A DNA stretch of 64,000 nt from Nitrospirota bacterium (GCA_963749655.1 CAVVOB010000015.1:122742-186741), one strand, 5' to 3'; numbered from the stretch's first letter, positions 1 through 9,868 are shown. Numbers and translations: made by a program. Notes: generated from the letters alone by a model not told the origin.

Positions 1-256
1 ACCCCCGCACGTCGTAACGGATCAGGGTGTAGCGGTCCGGGAAAGCGGAGAACTGGTCGTCCCACATCCGACGGTCGAACCCTCCGGAATGGATAAAGAC
101 GACTGCCGGCCCCTTCCCCTTCATTTCGTAATACAGCTTGGTCCCGTTCACTTCCGCGAAACCTGATTTCATTTCCCCTCCTATCCCCGCGGCCGGAAGC
201 GCAAAGACGCCGGCCAATACCACTGTCAGTGCGAAAAACCTACTCAGATCGAACAT
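1..256 (-). CDS. Alpha/beta-fold hydrolase, N-terminal part (runs off window edge)
   Basis: Manual translation from ATG at 256: signal-like MFDLSRFFALTVVLAGVFALPAA, then EVNGTKLYYEMKGKGPAVVFIHSGG...WDDQF...RYDVRG, a typical AB-hydrolase N-terminus. Confidence 0.85.
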   Translation of the reverse strand, partial: MFDLSRFFALTVVLAGVFALPAAGIGGEMKSGFAEVNGTKLYYEMKGKGPAVVFIHSGGFDRRMWDDQFSAFPDRYTLIRYDVRG

Positions 257-366
257 GGAATCTTTCCTATTGAAAGACGATAGATAAAACCATTTGATAT
301 CGTATGGCGGATGGTATCACGAAGCGCATTATTCCGTATTGTAAAAATGCGACAGGATGGATTGGT

Positions 367-1107
367 TCAGATCGCTCCGGGCGGCGTGTGCATCAGCGAC
401 TTGAAGTCGCGGATGAAGTGGGATTGATCGGTATAGCCCCATTCGCAGGCCAGATCAACGAGGTTCGCCCTGGCCGCGCCGGAGCGAAGCTGCGAGAGGA
501 TGTTCTGGAACCTGACGAGGCGGATGAACTGCTTGGGCGACATACCTGAATTCTCGCGGAACATGCGCTCAAGGGTCCTGGTCGTCGTTCCCAAAGCGTT
601 TGCGAGCGCATCAACTCTGATCCGGCCTCCGGAAGTCTCGACGAGATCTGCCGCACGGCGGTACGTTCCCCCCGGCGTGACCGATGCCAATCCTGCCCTG
701 CGGAAGAATTCCTCGAGGAGTCTTTGTTTTGCATCGAAGCCCTGCACAGCGGCAAGCCGCCCGCCCAGCTCGTCGACGGGAGTTCCGAGCACCCGGTGAA
801 GGTCCGCCCATGTATTGACCAGTTCGCCGGCGGCAACGTCCGCCACGCGCGGCATGATCCCGGGATTGAACCATACGCAGAAGTAGTCGCAGCCGTTCAT
901 CATGGGAATGCGCTGCAGCTCGGTGAACGGGCCGACATACAGCACCTTGCAGCGGGACTCGGACAGGATAAAGACCAGGTCGAAGTTGCCGTCAGGCGGC
1001 GCATCGAGCACCCAACTGCCTCTCCCGACCCTCCTCGGCAGCATCCAGAATTTCTTGATCAATCCGTCGAATTCTTCATGCGGTTTTTTTTCGATGCGAT
1101 GAAGCAT
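367..1107 (-). CDS. AraC-family transcriptional regulator (C-terminal HTH_18)
   Basis: C-terminal TRTLERMFRENSGMSPK...GYTDQSHFIRDFK AraC signature; start placed at MLHRIEKK (ORF track starts at 1194). Confidence 0.9.
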   Translation of the reverse strand: MLHRIEKKPHEEFDGLIKKFWMLPRRVGRGSWVLDAPPDGNFDLVFILSESRCKVLYVGPFTELQRIPMMNGCDYFCVWFNPGIMPRVADVAAGELVNTWADLHRVLGTPVDELGGRLAAVQGFDAKQRLLEEFFRRAGLASVTPGGTYRRAADLVETSGGRIRVDALANALGTTTRTLERMFRENSGMSPKQFIRLVRFQNILSQLRSGAARANLVDLACEWGYTDQSHFIRDFKSLMHTPPGAI

Positions 1108-1239
1108 TGCCCTCTCCGAATGATTACAAATACATCCGTCCTGCGTATTCCCGTTTACCCCCGGATGACCATAGCGACATTCCGATCGTCGCATGCGTCA
1201 CAGGCCGCAACAACGCTTTCCGGTCAATCGTAGCTCTAA

Positions 1240-1378
1240 CAGGTTGTTGAAAAAGCTCACGCGCGACGAATTTCATCGTGCCAGCGAAGGCTGGCATCCA
1301 GAATCATATTACAAACACTGGATTCCTGCCTGCGCAGGAATGACGGCTAAGGTCTTCAAGACGTTTTTCAACAGCCTG
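1240..1378. mobile_element. 139-bp MITE copy 1 (15-bp TIRs, CTAA target duplication)
   Basis: Ends CAGGTTGTTGAAAAA / TTTTTCAACAGCCTG; CTAA at 1236-1239 and 1379-1382; near-identical copy at 37115-37253. Confidence 0.85.
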
Positions 1379-1965
1379 CTAATGCCTCAATCGCTTTTCC
1401 AACTCTTCTTTTGTGTTTTCCAGAGGCACCACGATCTTCCCTGATTTGTTTATAGCGCCCCATTTGACTCCGGTGACAGACCGATGCTCACCTTCCGGAA
1501 CTTGGCTGCATTCGCGGCATACGACAGCGAATACCTCCGCTAAACGGGAAAGCAAAGTCGTATTCGGGTTTTATGACGACATTCAGCTCCTTGTCGACAA
1601 AGCCGAACTTGGCCCCTGATAGGGTCCTCGCAAGTCCTTCGGAAAAATAGTCTGCGCCATTGTCGTACAGGTAGACACGGACTGCTTTGCCCGATCTTGA
1701 TACATAAAATACCTTGTCGCCCGCCAACAGTTCGGCCGGTCCGTCCTTGAAAACTCATTTTACCGAGATGGTCCGGACGAATGCGGAAGCCGTCTTCGCC
1801 GACGAAATCGCCGCATTCTCCCTGTGAAGTAAGTTCGGACTGATGATTACGGTCGGACTGACGGGACACATACCTGCAATCCGCCGCCGCGGCAGTCTTT
1901 GCTGTTGAGACGGAAAAAAGAATGATCATAATGAAAAAGCAGCATCTCTTCGACGATCTCTTCAT
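1379..1965 (-). CDS. Exported WG-repeat (KWG-type) protein, frameshifted in this sequence
   Basis: Signal peptide in ORF 1540-1965; DYFSEGLAR...KFGFVDKELNVVIKPEYDFAFPFSGG in ORF 1488-1727; final frame KWGAINKSGKIVVPLE ends at TAG 1379-1381. Confidence 0.7.
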
Positions 1966-1998
1966 TCGACGCTCCTTTCATTGAGGCGAACAAGGCCC

Positions 1999-2736
1999 CT
2001 ACTTCACGACCCTCTTCGCGCCGTCGGGATAGGTCGTTATAATACTCTCGAAGGGCGTACGGGAATCCCGCTGGTAGCTGAATTCGGTCCTGATCACTTC
2101 CTCCGCCGTTTCGTCGGCCTTGAACATGCGGGTCAGGATGAGCCGGTTCGCGGCGTCGTATGCATAGGTCGTATAGGTCACGACCTTCTCATGCTTGCCC
2201 CGGACGACCTTTATCATCTCCTGGATCGTCGTCCTTACGCTGTCGGCAACCCCGACCAGGAACCCTCCGGCAGTGGCAATGACCAGCGGCGCAACGACGA
2301 TGGCAAGCATGACCACGGCCGCATCGCGGTCGCCGTGGATTTGCGTATGACCGGCGACGTTGGCCGTAACCCCCGTCCCCTGGGCTCCGGCCTGGAACCC
2401 CTTGCCTGTCCATTCATAAATGACCCTGAAGGGTTTGCTGAAGTCGCTCTCCGACCCTGCCACGACGACATCATATGATATCTCTGTCCGCCCGTCGAGC
2501 AATTCCACGATAGTGAAGCGGTCCCCTTCACGGGTCGGCCTTTCCTTGAGGCGCGGCCCCAACAGGGGGAGGCCGTTCGGATCGTATTCAATATAGGGTA
2601 TAAGTATTTCCTGCGACTGCGCATGATGGTTTTCAAGACGCACCTGTTTCGGGCCGCAGCCGGCAGCAAGAACAACGAGGCACGAAAGATTTACCAGCAC
2701 TCTGAAAAGCGGTGAAGTTCGCATATGTGTTCTCAT
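1999..2736 (-). CDS. Putative lipoprotein of unknown function
   Basis: Lipobox-like LAAG|C after a hydrophobic stretch; internal hydrophobic helix; start uncertain. Confidence 0.6.
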   Translation of the reverse strand: MRTHMRTSPLFRVLVNLSCLVVLAAGCGPKQVRLENHHAQSQEILIPYIEYDPNGLPLLGPRLKERPTREGDRFTIVELLDGRTEISYDVVVAGSESDFSKPFRVIYEWTGKGFQAGAQGTGVTANVAGHTQIHGDRDAAVVMLAIVVAPLVIATAGGFLVGVADSVRTTIQEMIKVVRGKHEKVVTYTTYAYDAANRLILTRMFKADETAEEVIRTEFSYQRDSRTPFESIITTYPDGAKRVVK

Positions 2737-2798
2737 GTCCCGACGGCTATCGGATCGCATCGATGATCCATGCTTAATTTTGCCTGCCCGGCCTTCCA

Positions 2799-3140
2799 TC
2801 AATCGGAGTTTCTTCTCCGCTCATCGACATCTTTCATTTTCAACGCAGCCATATTCCCGGCAATATTGTCATCATCATCGCTGATCAGAGTGGCCAGATC
2901 ATAGCCCATTCCTTTTAATTCATTCGACCATACTATTCTGGAGGTGGCTATGTCAATGCAATACAGTTGGCCGTAGGTATGCGCATAAATGAAGTTTCCC
3001 CTCTTGACCATATTAACAAACCCGTTTCCGGACTTCAGCCATGATTGGCTGAGCGCTATTTCCTTGACGGTCTTGCCGGTTCCTGCGTCAACGACAGCGA
3101 TCTTCCCTTTGGAACCTATATACAGATATGACATTATCAT
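2799..3140 (-). CDS. Small PQQ-like beta-propeller-repeat protein
   Basis: YLYIGSKGKIAVVDAGTGKTV and GQLYCIDIATSRIVWSNEL motifs; GGAGG RBS upstream. Confidence 0.65.
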   Translation of the reverse strand: MIMSYLYIGSKGKIAVVDAGTGKTVKEIALSQSWLKSGNGFVNMVKRGNFIYAHTYGQLYCIDIATSRIVWSNELKGMGYDLATLISDDDDNIAGNMAALKMKDVDERRRNSD

Positions 3141-3230
3141 CCTCCTTCTGTCGCTGTTTCAACTGGCTGACGCCCTACCCGACCTGCGGTCCCAGTGTGT
3201 CGGTGAAACGGCTTATTACGTACGCGCAGA

Positions 3231-3497
3231 TTATCCGCTTTTGTCCGGAAAGTCGAAGAAGGATTCTTCACTCTCTTCGGTAAAAAAGAACAATCGATAT
3301 TCGTTCCTGCCGTAGTCGGTAACGATCATCATTCTGGTATGTTTTGGTGTTTCAGGTTCTTCTGCCAAAAACTTCATGCCGGTTCTTGCATTATCCTCAA
3401 AGAACTTGTTCCAGTAATCGGGCCCCCAACCCGCGGCGTCTCCGCCCCCGAGCTTGAAATAGAGGTTTTTAAATTCTTCTTTAGTCACTTCTTTCAT
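3231..3497 (-). CDS. Hypothetical protein (88 aa)
   Basis: Clean, protein-like, low-GC ORF co-oriented with its neighbours. Confidence 0.6.
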   Translation of the reverse strand: MKEVTKEEFKNLYFKLGGGDAAGWGPDYWNKFFEDNARTGMKFLAEEPETPKHTRMMIVTDYGRNEYRLFFFTEESEESFFDFPDKSG

Positions 3498-3510
3498 TTG
3501 GTTTAAAGTT

Positions 3511-3563
3511 TTGATCCGACAGTTTCTAATAATGTCGGGTTTCGCTCTGCCTACACGATCTAC
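3511..3563. repeat. Degenerate GTAG-type REP doublet
   Basis: TGATCCGACAGTTTCTAATAATGTCGGGTTTCGCTC resembles 4195-4230. Confidence 0.6.
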
Positions 3564-3586
3564 CGCCTAAAAAACGTTTTTGATCA

Positions 3587-4060
3587 CTATTCCTTTCGCC
3601 ATTCCTTACAAGTACCAAACAGCCCGAATCCATAACGACAATTTACTTGTTCAACTCCATATTCACGGGAAATCATACTTGTGACTTCTGAACTAATTTT
3701 TCCGAACGGTTGGGGAGTCCATAATGTGGGAAAGGTGTCCTCTATCTTTATCGTTGGCCCACCACTACTGTCCGATATTTCGAGTGTTGTCGTGCTAAAC
3801 GCCCAAGTCTTGCAACTGAATAATCGCTCTTGTGATATTTCTTTCTTCTTACAACTTAATGAATTTTCCTTCACGATTGGAGAAAGTGAGTCCTTAGCAT
3901 TCTCAAAAGTGAATCTTTTAAGAACCGTCGATTGCTGTTCGATAGTTACTGGCTGCAGTTTAACGATATTATGCATATCACAACTCGTCACTATGAAAAT
4001 AGGGAAGATGGTAAGAAGAGCGTATATTGAATGTAATTTTCTTATCATTTTAACTTTCAT
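3587..4060 (-). CDS. Low-GC putative lipoprotein
   Basis: ATG at 4060 with AGGGAG RBS; hydrophobic signal ending IVTS|C. Confidence 0.55.
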   Translation of the reverse strand: MKVKMIRKLHSIYALLTIFPIFIVTSCDMHNIVKLQPVTIEQQSTVLKRFTFENAKDSLSPIVKENSLSCKKKEISQERLFSCKTWAFSTTTLEISDSSGGPTIKIEDTFPTLWTPQPFGKISSEVTSMISREYGVEQVNCRYGFGLFGTCKEWRKE

Positions 4061-4174
4061 AGCTCCCTTGTTTTGCCTGTATTTCCACACATGATACGTT
4101 TTTGAATTGCAATTATGACAAATACTATGACTTCCGTGAGAATAGTGATACCTTATGAAGAAATACAGCAGTCT

Positions 4175-4245
4175 GTAGGTCGGGTCGCGTTTTATGACCC
4201 GACAGCTTCTAATCATGTCGGGTTTCGCTCCGTTCTACCCGACCC
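4175..4245. repeat. GTAG-type REP doublet (inverted pair)
   Basis: GTAGGTCGGGTCGCGTTTTATGACCCGACA...TGTCGGGTTTCGCTCCGTTCTACCCGACC; same family at 56281-56390. Confidence 0.7.
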
Positions 4246-4433
4246 GCTCATCGCACTAAAGGCCGCAGTCCGTCCGCACGTCCCGTTTTACGATCCCTAT
4301 GACTGTATCAGAAAGCGGTTTTTCTGTAAACAGTGTTCAGAAACAAAATCTCGGCCGCTGGTAATTGTAATTTTGTAATACCCGTCAACCACACCAGAAA
4401 TCGTTATGCTTTTTATTGTCGGAGATTGAATCG

Positions 4434-4465
4434 AAAAAAAAGGGCTTGCAGTTTTTGCAAGCCCT
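4434..4465 (-). terminator. Rho-independent terminator of the Kazal-domain gene
   Basis: Minus strand: AGGGCTTGCA-loop-TGCAAGCCCT followed by a T-run. Confidence 0.75.
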
Positions 4466-4506
4466 AACATTATTATTGAAGGAAACGTATGCGATTATGG
4501 ATGAAA

Positions 4507-5769
4507 TTATTGCAAATTAATCCCGGCCGCTGCAGCCTCGCAGGAGTTTGCATAGGAGTTCCCATCGCAACCCAGCACCGGATTATAAAACGACAAACAC
4601 AACCCGGGGCGCTGTGAACATGCCCCCGTTCCTTCACAATCGCCTGACGTTTTTGCGCAATATTGCGTCGAAAGGCATTCAACATTCGTAATGCATCCTG
4701 TCGGCGCCGGAGGTGCTGCGCAATTCCCTTTGCTTGCGATGGCAATGCCTGAGACTGCAGCCTCGCATTCGCTTGAATAGGTTGTGCCGTTGCACCCACA
4801 GACCGGATCTGCCGCTTGGACGCAAAGCGACGGCCGTGCCGTGCAGGAACCCTGGCCGGTGCAGTCTCCCAGCCCTTTGGTGCAATATTCGCCGGCAGTG
4901 CATTGCGAATTGTCAAGACAAGCGGTCGGCTGAGGAGGCATAACTACGCAGGCGCCCAGAGAGGTAACGGACACACCTGCGACAGCGGCTTCACATTCAT
5001 TTGCATATGTGCTGCCGTCGCAGCCGCATACCGGATCATAATTCTGAAGACAACCGATCGGCCGGGATCCGCATGTTCCCTGGTCCGGGCAGCTCCCCAC
5101 GGCCTTCACACAATATTCTCCGCTGCCGCACTGGCTGTTGTCCGCGCAGGAAACAGGTGGCGGCGGAGTAATCTGGCAGGCCCCTTTAAAAAGAAGGTTC
5201 GCGCCCGCCAGCGCTGCAACACAGTCGTTGGAGTAGGTTACGCCGTCGCAGCCGCAAACAGGATCATAGATTTCAGTGCATGAAATCGGCGTTGTTGCAC
5301 AGGAACCGGAGGTGCCGCAGCTTCCGGCAGTCGTGGCGCAGTAATTTCCGGCGGGACAGTCGGTGCTGGCGGTACACGTCTGTGAGCAGACAATACTTAC
5401 CTTGCCGATATTCGTTGTTTTCTTTCTGGAGACGGCCACCGTCGTGAGGGTCTTTACAACTGTGCCGTTGACCGTCACCGTAAGGGTGTAGGTCCCTGCG
5501 TGGACATGGTGAATCCTGAAGTGACCCTTACTATCAGTCGTGTCCTTCAGATCGGAATCCGTGACAGCGACGATCGCCCCTGCAACAGGACCACCGGCGT
5601 CACACGTGATCGTGCCTCGAATCCCGCCTTTCTCGTGACCCTTTTTCCTTTCCTGCTCGTGAGACCGGTCATGCGACCTTTCATCGCAGAAAGCAGTACC
5701 TGTCCAGGACAGACTGAGAAACACCGCAGCAATCAATACCACGTAAATTAATACACTCTGCCTCCTCAT
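4507..5769 (-). CDS. Secreted protein: carboxypeptidase-regulatory-like domain plus four Cys-rich Kazal-type modules
   Basis: Signal peptide MRRQSVLIYVVLIAAVFLSLSWTGTAFC; GTITCDAGGPVAGA...TTDSKGHFRI...AGTYTLTV domain; four C-x3-(Y/A)-(D/N)PV(C/L)GC(D/N)G-x-(T/S)Y-x-(N/S)-x-C repeats. Confidence 0.85.
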   Translation of the reverse strand: MRRQSVLIYVVLIAAVFLSLSWTGTAFCDERSHDRSHEQERKKGHEKGGIRGTITCDAGGPVAGAIVAVTDSDLKDTTDSKGHFRIHHVHAGTYTLTVTVNGTVVKTLTTVAVSRKKTTNIGKVSIVCSQTCTASTDCPAGNYCATTAGSCGTSGSCATTPISCTEIYDPVCGCDGVTYSNDCVAALAGANLLFKGACQITPPPPVSCADNSQCGSGEYCVKAVGSCPDQGTCGSRPIGCLQNYDPVCGCDGSTYANECEAAVAGVSVTSLGACVVMPPQPTACLDNSQCTAGEYCTKGLGDCTGQGSCTARPSLCVQAADPVCGCNGTTYSSECEAAVSGIAIASKGNCAAPPAPTGCITNVECLSTQYCAKTSGDCEGTGACSQRPGLCLSFYNPVLGCDGNSYANSCEAAAAGINLQ

Positions 5770-5891
5770 GTGAACGCCCCCCTTTCCCGACATAATGCGT
5801 ATGATTTTATGTATACGTGCCGGTCGTGTCAAGATAAAATAAAGACTATTCACAGAGAACAGCGGCTAGCAAAAAGATGCAAAAAAAAGCA

Positions 5892-5922
5892 TTGACAGCG
5901 TATCGAATTTTATATATATACT
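5892..5922 (+). promoter_or_regulatory. Sigma70-like promoter of the padR operon
   Basis: TTGACA at 5892-5897, then 17 bp, then TATATA; AT-rich region just before the GGAGG RBS. Confidence 0.6.
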
Positions 5923-5944
5923 TTTATATATTTCGGGAGGACCT

Positions 5945-6496
5945 ATGTCAGTGAAGTACGCCATGCTCGGCATCCTTGCGGAAAAGGATCTGCACGGGTA
6001 TGAACTCAAGACCAGTTTTGATGAAAAAGTCGGTGAATTCTGGAGCCTGAACTACGGGCAGATCTACTCCACCCTCGACCGGCTGGAGAAGGACGACCTC
6101 GTAACCCACGACCGCAAGGCACAGGACAAGCGGCCGGACCGGAAGATCTACAGCATCACGAGAAAAGGCAGAAAAGAGCTTGACGAATGGCTTGCCACGC
6201 CGGTGAACCGGGTGCGGGCGCTGCGCGACGAATTTTTTGTGAAGCTCGTGTTCATGGACAAGAACAACCCCGCCCCGGTCCTGGACCTCATCGAGAAGCA
6301 AAAGGCCCTCTATCTCAAACAGATGAACCGGCTCACCCATCAAAAAGTGGAATTGAAAAAGAAGCCCAGGGCCGCCGACGCGCTCACCACGGAACTGCTG
6401 ATGGATGCGGGGCTGTTCCACGCCGAGGCGGACATCAAGTGGCTGACGCTGTGCGAGGCGAAGATCAAAGCGATTATGAAAAAGCAGAACGCATAG
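5945..6496 (+). CDS. PadR-family transcriptional regulator
   Basis: LGILAEKDLHGYEL...GQIYSTLDRLE...RKIYSITRKGR wHTH plus C-terminal helical domain. Confidence 0.92.
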   Translation: MSVKYAMLGILAEKDLHGYELKTSFDEKVGEFWSLNYGQIYSTLDRLEKDDLVTHDRKAQDKRPDRKIYSITRKGRKELDEWLATPVNRVRALRDEFFVKLVFMDKNNPAPVLDLIEKQKALYLKQMNRLTHQKVELKKKPRAADALTTELLMDAGLFHAEADIKWLTLCEAKIKAIMKKQNA

Positions 6497-6575
6497 AGCA
6501 AAGCGCAGAGGGTTGGAATCTTCGCCCATGCACTATGCTCTCTGCCCTATGCTAAATCTCCTATCGAGGTGAACC

Positions 6576-7265
6576 ATGATCGAACTGAAGAATGCGAGCA
6601 AGAAGTACCAGCAGGGCAGCCGTGAAGTGCATGCCTTGCGCGACGTTTCTCTCAGCATCAAGAAAGGCGAGTTCCTGTCGGTCATGGGAGCGAGCGGCTC
6701 GGGCAAGAGCACCCTCCTGAACCTGATCGGCGGCCTGGACCAGCCGTCTTCGGGGGAGATTTTCATCGACGGCAGGCCGCTTCACGGCATTTCCGACGAC
6801 GAACTGACCCTTATCCGGAGACGGCGCGTGGGATTCATCTTCCAGTTCTTTAATCTCCTGCCGATTCTCACCGCCGCCGAGAATGTCTCTCTCCCCCTTC
6901 TGCTGGAAGGAACGCCGTTCTCGGAGATCAAACCGAAGGCCGTCAAACTTCTGGAACAGGTGGGGCTGGGCGCGCGAACGGAGCACCGGCCCGAACAGCT
7001 CTCGGGCGGTGAAATGCAGCGCGTTGCGATCTCCCGGGCGCTCATCTCCAATCCCGCCGTTCTCCTTGCCGACGAACCCACGGGCAACCTCGATTCCCAC
7101 ACCAGCGAGGAGATATTCATGCTCCTCAAGAACCTGCACGACCAGGGCCAGACCATCGTCATGGTGACCCACGATCCCCGGGCCGCGGCTTACGGTTCAC
7201 GCATCGTCACGCTCAAAGACGGCGCTGTATCGGAGGATATCTGCATCGGAGGACAGGCTGCGTGA
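6576..7265 (+). CDS. ABC transporter ATP-binding protein (LolD/MacB-type)
   Basis: Walker A GASGSGKS, LSGGEMQR signature, LLADEPTGNLD, VTHD. Confidence 0.95.
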   Translation: MIELKNASKKYQQGSREVHALRDVSLSIKKGEFLSVMGASGSGKSTLLNLIGGLDQPSSGEIFIDGRPLHGISDDELTLIRRRRVGFIFQFFNLLPILTAAENVSLPLLLEGTPFSEIKPKAVKLLEQVGLGARTEHRPEQLSGGEMQRVAISRALISNPAVLLADEPTGNLDSHTSEEIFMLLKNLHDQGQTIVMVTHDPRAAAYGSRIVTLKDGAVSEDICIGGQAA

Positions 7266-9868
7266 CGCTCACGAACCTGCTTCGCCACGTCAGTCTCAAG
7301 CGTTTGAAACTGCACAAGGCCCATACGTTCATGTCCGTATGCGGCATCGCCTTGGGCGTGTCCGCCATCGTGTCCATAGGCATCGTGAGCAGGGGCGTCG
7401 TACGCTCTTTCGAGGAGTCGATCAATTCCATGGCCGGTAGGGCGAGTCTGCAGATAACCGGCGGTCAATCGGGTTTTCCGGAAACCATGGCTGAGCGGGT
7501 GCAAGGAGTAAGCGGCGTCGAATATGCCGTACCCGTGATCGAGACCACGGCCATCCTTATCAACGGGATCAACAGGGAAAGCCGGTCGATCGTCATCATC
7601 GGCGTAGACGTGTTGCAGGACCATCATATCCGGGATTACCGGGTGTCGGACGAAACCAGCGACATACCCGACCCGCTCCTGTTCCTCGCAAGACCCGATT
7701 CCATTTTGATGAGCCGCGGCTTGGCGCATGAGAACAACCTTCATATGGACCAGCCCGTTACGATCGAAACCGTTCAGGGCGTCCGCGCTCTCACGATGCG
7801 GGGCTTGCTCGAGCCGGAGGGCCCGGCCAAGGTCATGAGCAACAGCCTCGCGGTAATGGACATCTATGCCGCACAAATGGCCTTCGGGAAAGAAGGCAAA
7901 ATAGACCGGATCGACGTGAGTCTGCGTTCCGGCGAAAATGCTGAAACTGTCCGGAAACGCATCATAGCCGCGCTCCCCGAGGGATATATTGTCGACTCCC
8001 CCGCGGTCCGCTCCGGTCAGATTGAGAGGACGCTCGCCAATTTAAAACGTAACATGAGCACCATCGGCCTCGTGGCAATGTTCATCGGCATGTACCTTAT
8101 CTATAACGCGGTATCCATCATGGTCGTGCAGCGCCGGAGAGAGATCGGCGTGCTGCGCGCCCTGGGAGCGACCCGCAGGGGCATCGTGCGGCTCATTCTG
8201 ACCGAAACGATCGTTTTGTCCGTTGGAGGATCCGCCCTCGGCATCGGATTGGGCATCCTCTTCGCCCACGGCTCGCTGGATGCGGTCAGCAAGAACATTG
8301 CCATTCAATATCAATTGACCACGACCGCAGCCGTTCCGCTCATGATATCTTTAAACGATATCGTCGCCGGCTTCACGGTTGGCGTTCTCACCAGCATTTT
8401 GGCCGCGCTCTTCCCCTCCTTCGCGGCCGCTCGCATTACCCCGGTCTCAGCCATCCGCTCCCTGCCTTTTTCCGACGAGGAGTTTTTCTCCCGCCGAAAG
8501 CTCAGAATGCTGTCTTTCCTGCTGTTGCTGCTGGCCGGCTTACTGTTGCTTCTCTATGGAGCGACCAAAAACGTTTCGCAGAAATACCTCGTCCTGATGA
8601 TCATGGCTGCTGAATATTCGCTGCTGTTCGGAATTACCTTCGCCCTCTCCTCGGTGCTGCGGGTCGCCGTTTTTCTGTTCCAGAGCTGCATTGCCCCCCG
8701 GTTCGGGGCGGTAAGCAGGCTCGCAGGGCTGAATATCCGAAAAAATGTCAACCGGAACGCCGTGGCCGTGGGCGCAGTATTTCTCGCCATAGCGATTTTT
8801 ATCAGCGTCTCGAACATGATAATGTCCGTCCGTGCCTCGGTCATGCAATGGGTAGAAACTGCGGCAAACAGCGATCTTTTCGTTACAGCCGGCCATACCT
8901 TCTCAGGCCATGCGAGAAAACACGTTCCCATGCCCCTGAAGATGCGCAAAGAGATAGAAGAGATCGAGGGCGTCCGCTTCACGGACATATATCGGCAGGA
9001 GTTCATCCCTTACAAGGGTTCAAAAATCCTGGCCGCAAGCGTCGACGTGCGGCGCAAGCTGGAATACAGCTCGTTCGTAATAACGAAGGGAGATGCATCC
9101 GGTATAGGCCGGCTGCTCCCCGATCAGGACAATCTGCTGGTGAGTGAAAGCCTCGCCGTACATCATGGCATCAAACCGGGCGATAAACTCATTCTCAACA
9201 CGCCCGAGGGACCCGTGAGCTTCGGTGTCGTCGCGATCGACGTTGATTACACCTATGAATTCGGCAGTGTTCTCATGGACACGGCGACCTATCAGAAACA
9301 TTGGCACGACAACCTTGCCGACATTATCGAAGTTCTTGTCAAGAATAAACAGGACATTCCCTCGGTCCGCGAAGCGATCCTGAAACAGCAGGGGACGCAG
9401 AAGCGGTTATTCATCCTTTCCATGGACGAATACCTTCAAGAGACCAGAAAAGTCATCGACCAGATATACGATATATTCCACGCCATGGATATTCTCACGC
9501 TCTCCATAGCCTGTCTCGGTATTATCATCACCCTGCTTGCGTCGGTGCTCGAACGAACGCGCGAGATCGGTGTCCTCCGGTCCCTTGGGGCATTTAAAAG
9601 TCAAGTGGCGAAAGTCGTCGTGGTTGAGTCCGTCATTCTCGGCTTGACCGGCGGGATACTTGGAGTCCTCGTCGGGATAGTCATAGGATGGATGAGCGTC
9701 GAAGGATTTATCAGCGGCGAAGCGGGAATGAGCATCCATTACCTTGTCGATTATGCCGCTATAGGGAAAGCAATCGTTCTCGCGGCAGGATTCTCGGCCC
9801 TGGCAGGCCTCTATCCCGCCTGGCGCGCGGCGAAAATAAATATCACCGAAGCGCTGGCATATGAGTAA
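7262..9868 (+). CDS. MacB/FtsX-family ABC permease, paralog 1
   Basis: Two periplasmic-domain/FtsX units (QRRREIGVLRALGA; ERTREIGVLRSLGA); ends EALAYE. Confidence 0.92.
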   Translation: MTLTNLLRHVSLKRLKLHKAHTFMSVCGIALGVSAIVSIGIVSRGVVRSFEESINSMAGRASLQITGGQSGFPETMAERVQGVSGVEYAVPVIETTAILINGINRESRSIVIIGVDVLQDHHIRDYRVSDETSDIPDPLLFLARPDSILMSRGLAHENNLHMDQPVTIETVQGVRALTMRGLLEPEGPAKVMSNSLAVMDIYAAQMAFGKEGKIDRIDVSLRSGENAETVRKRIIAALPEGYIVDSPAVRSGQIERTLANLKRNMSTIGLVAMFIGMYLIYNAVSIMVVQRRREIGVLRALGATRRGIVRLILTETIVLSVGGSALGIGLGILFAHGSLDAVSKNIAIQYQLTTTAAVPLMISLNDIVAGFTVGVLTSILAALFPSFAAARITPVSAIRSLPFSDEEFFSRRKLRMLSFLLLLLAGLLLLLYGATKNVSQKYLVLMIMAAEYSLLFGITFALSSVLRVAVFLFQSCIAPRFGAVSRLAGLNIRKNVNRNAVAVGAVFLAIAIFISVSNMIMSVRASVMQWVETAANSDLFVTAGHTFSGHARKHVPMPLKMRKEIEEIEGVRFTDIYRQEFIPYKGSKILAASVDVRRKLEYSSFVITKGDASGIGRLLPDQDNLLVSESLAVHHGIKPGDKLILNTPEGPVSFGVVAIDVDYTYEFGSVLMDTATYQKHWHDNLADIIEVLVKNKQDIPSVREAILKQQGTQKRLFILSMDEYLQETRKVIDQIYDIFHAMDILTLSIACLGIIITLLASVLERTREIGVLRSLGAFKSQVAKVVVVESVILGLTGGILGVLVGIVIGWMSVEGFISGEAGMSIHYLVDYAAIGKAIVLAAGFSALAGLYPAWRAAKINITEALAYE

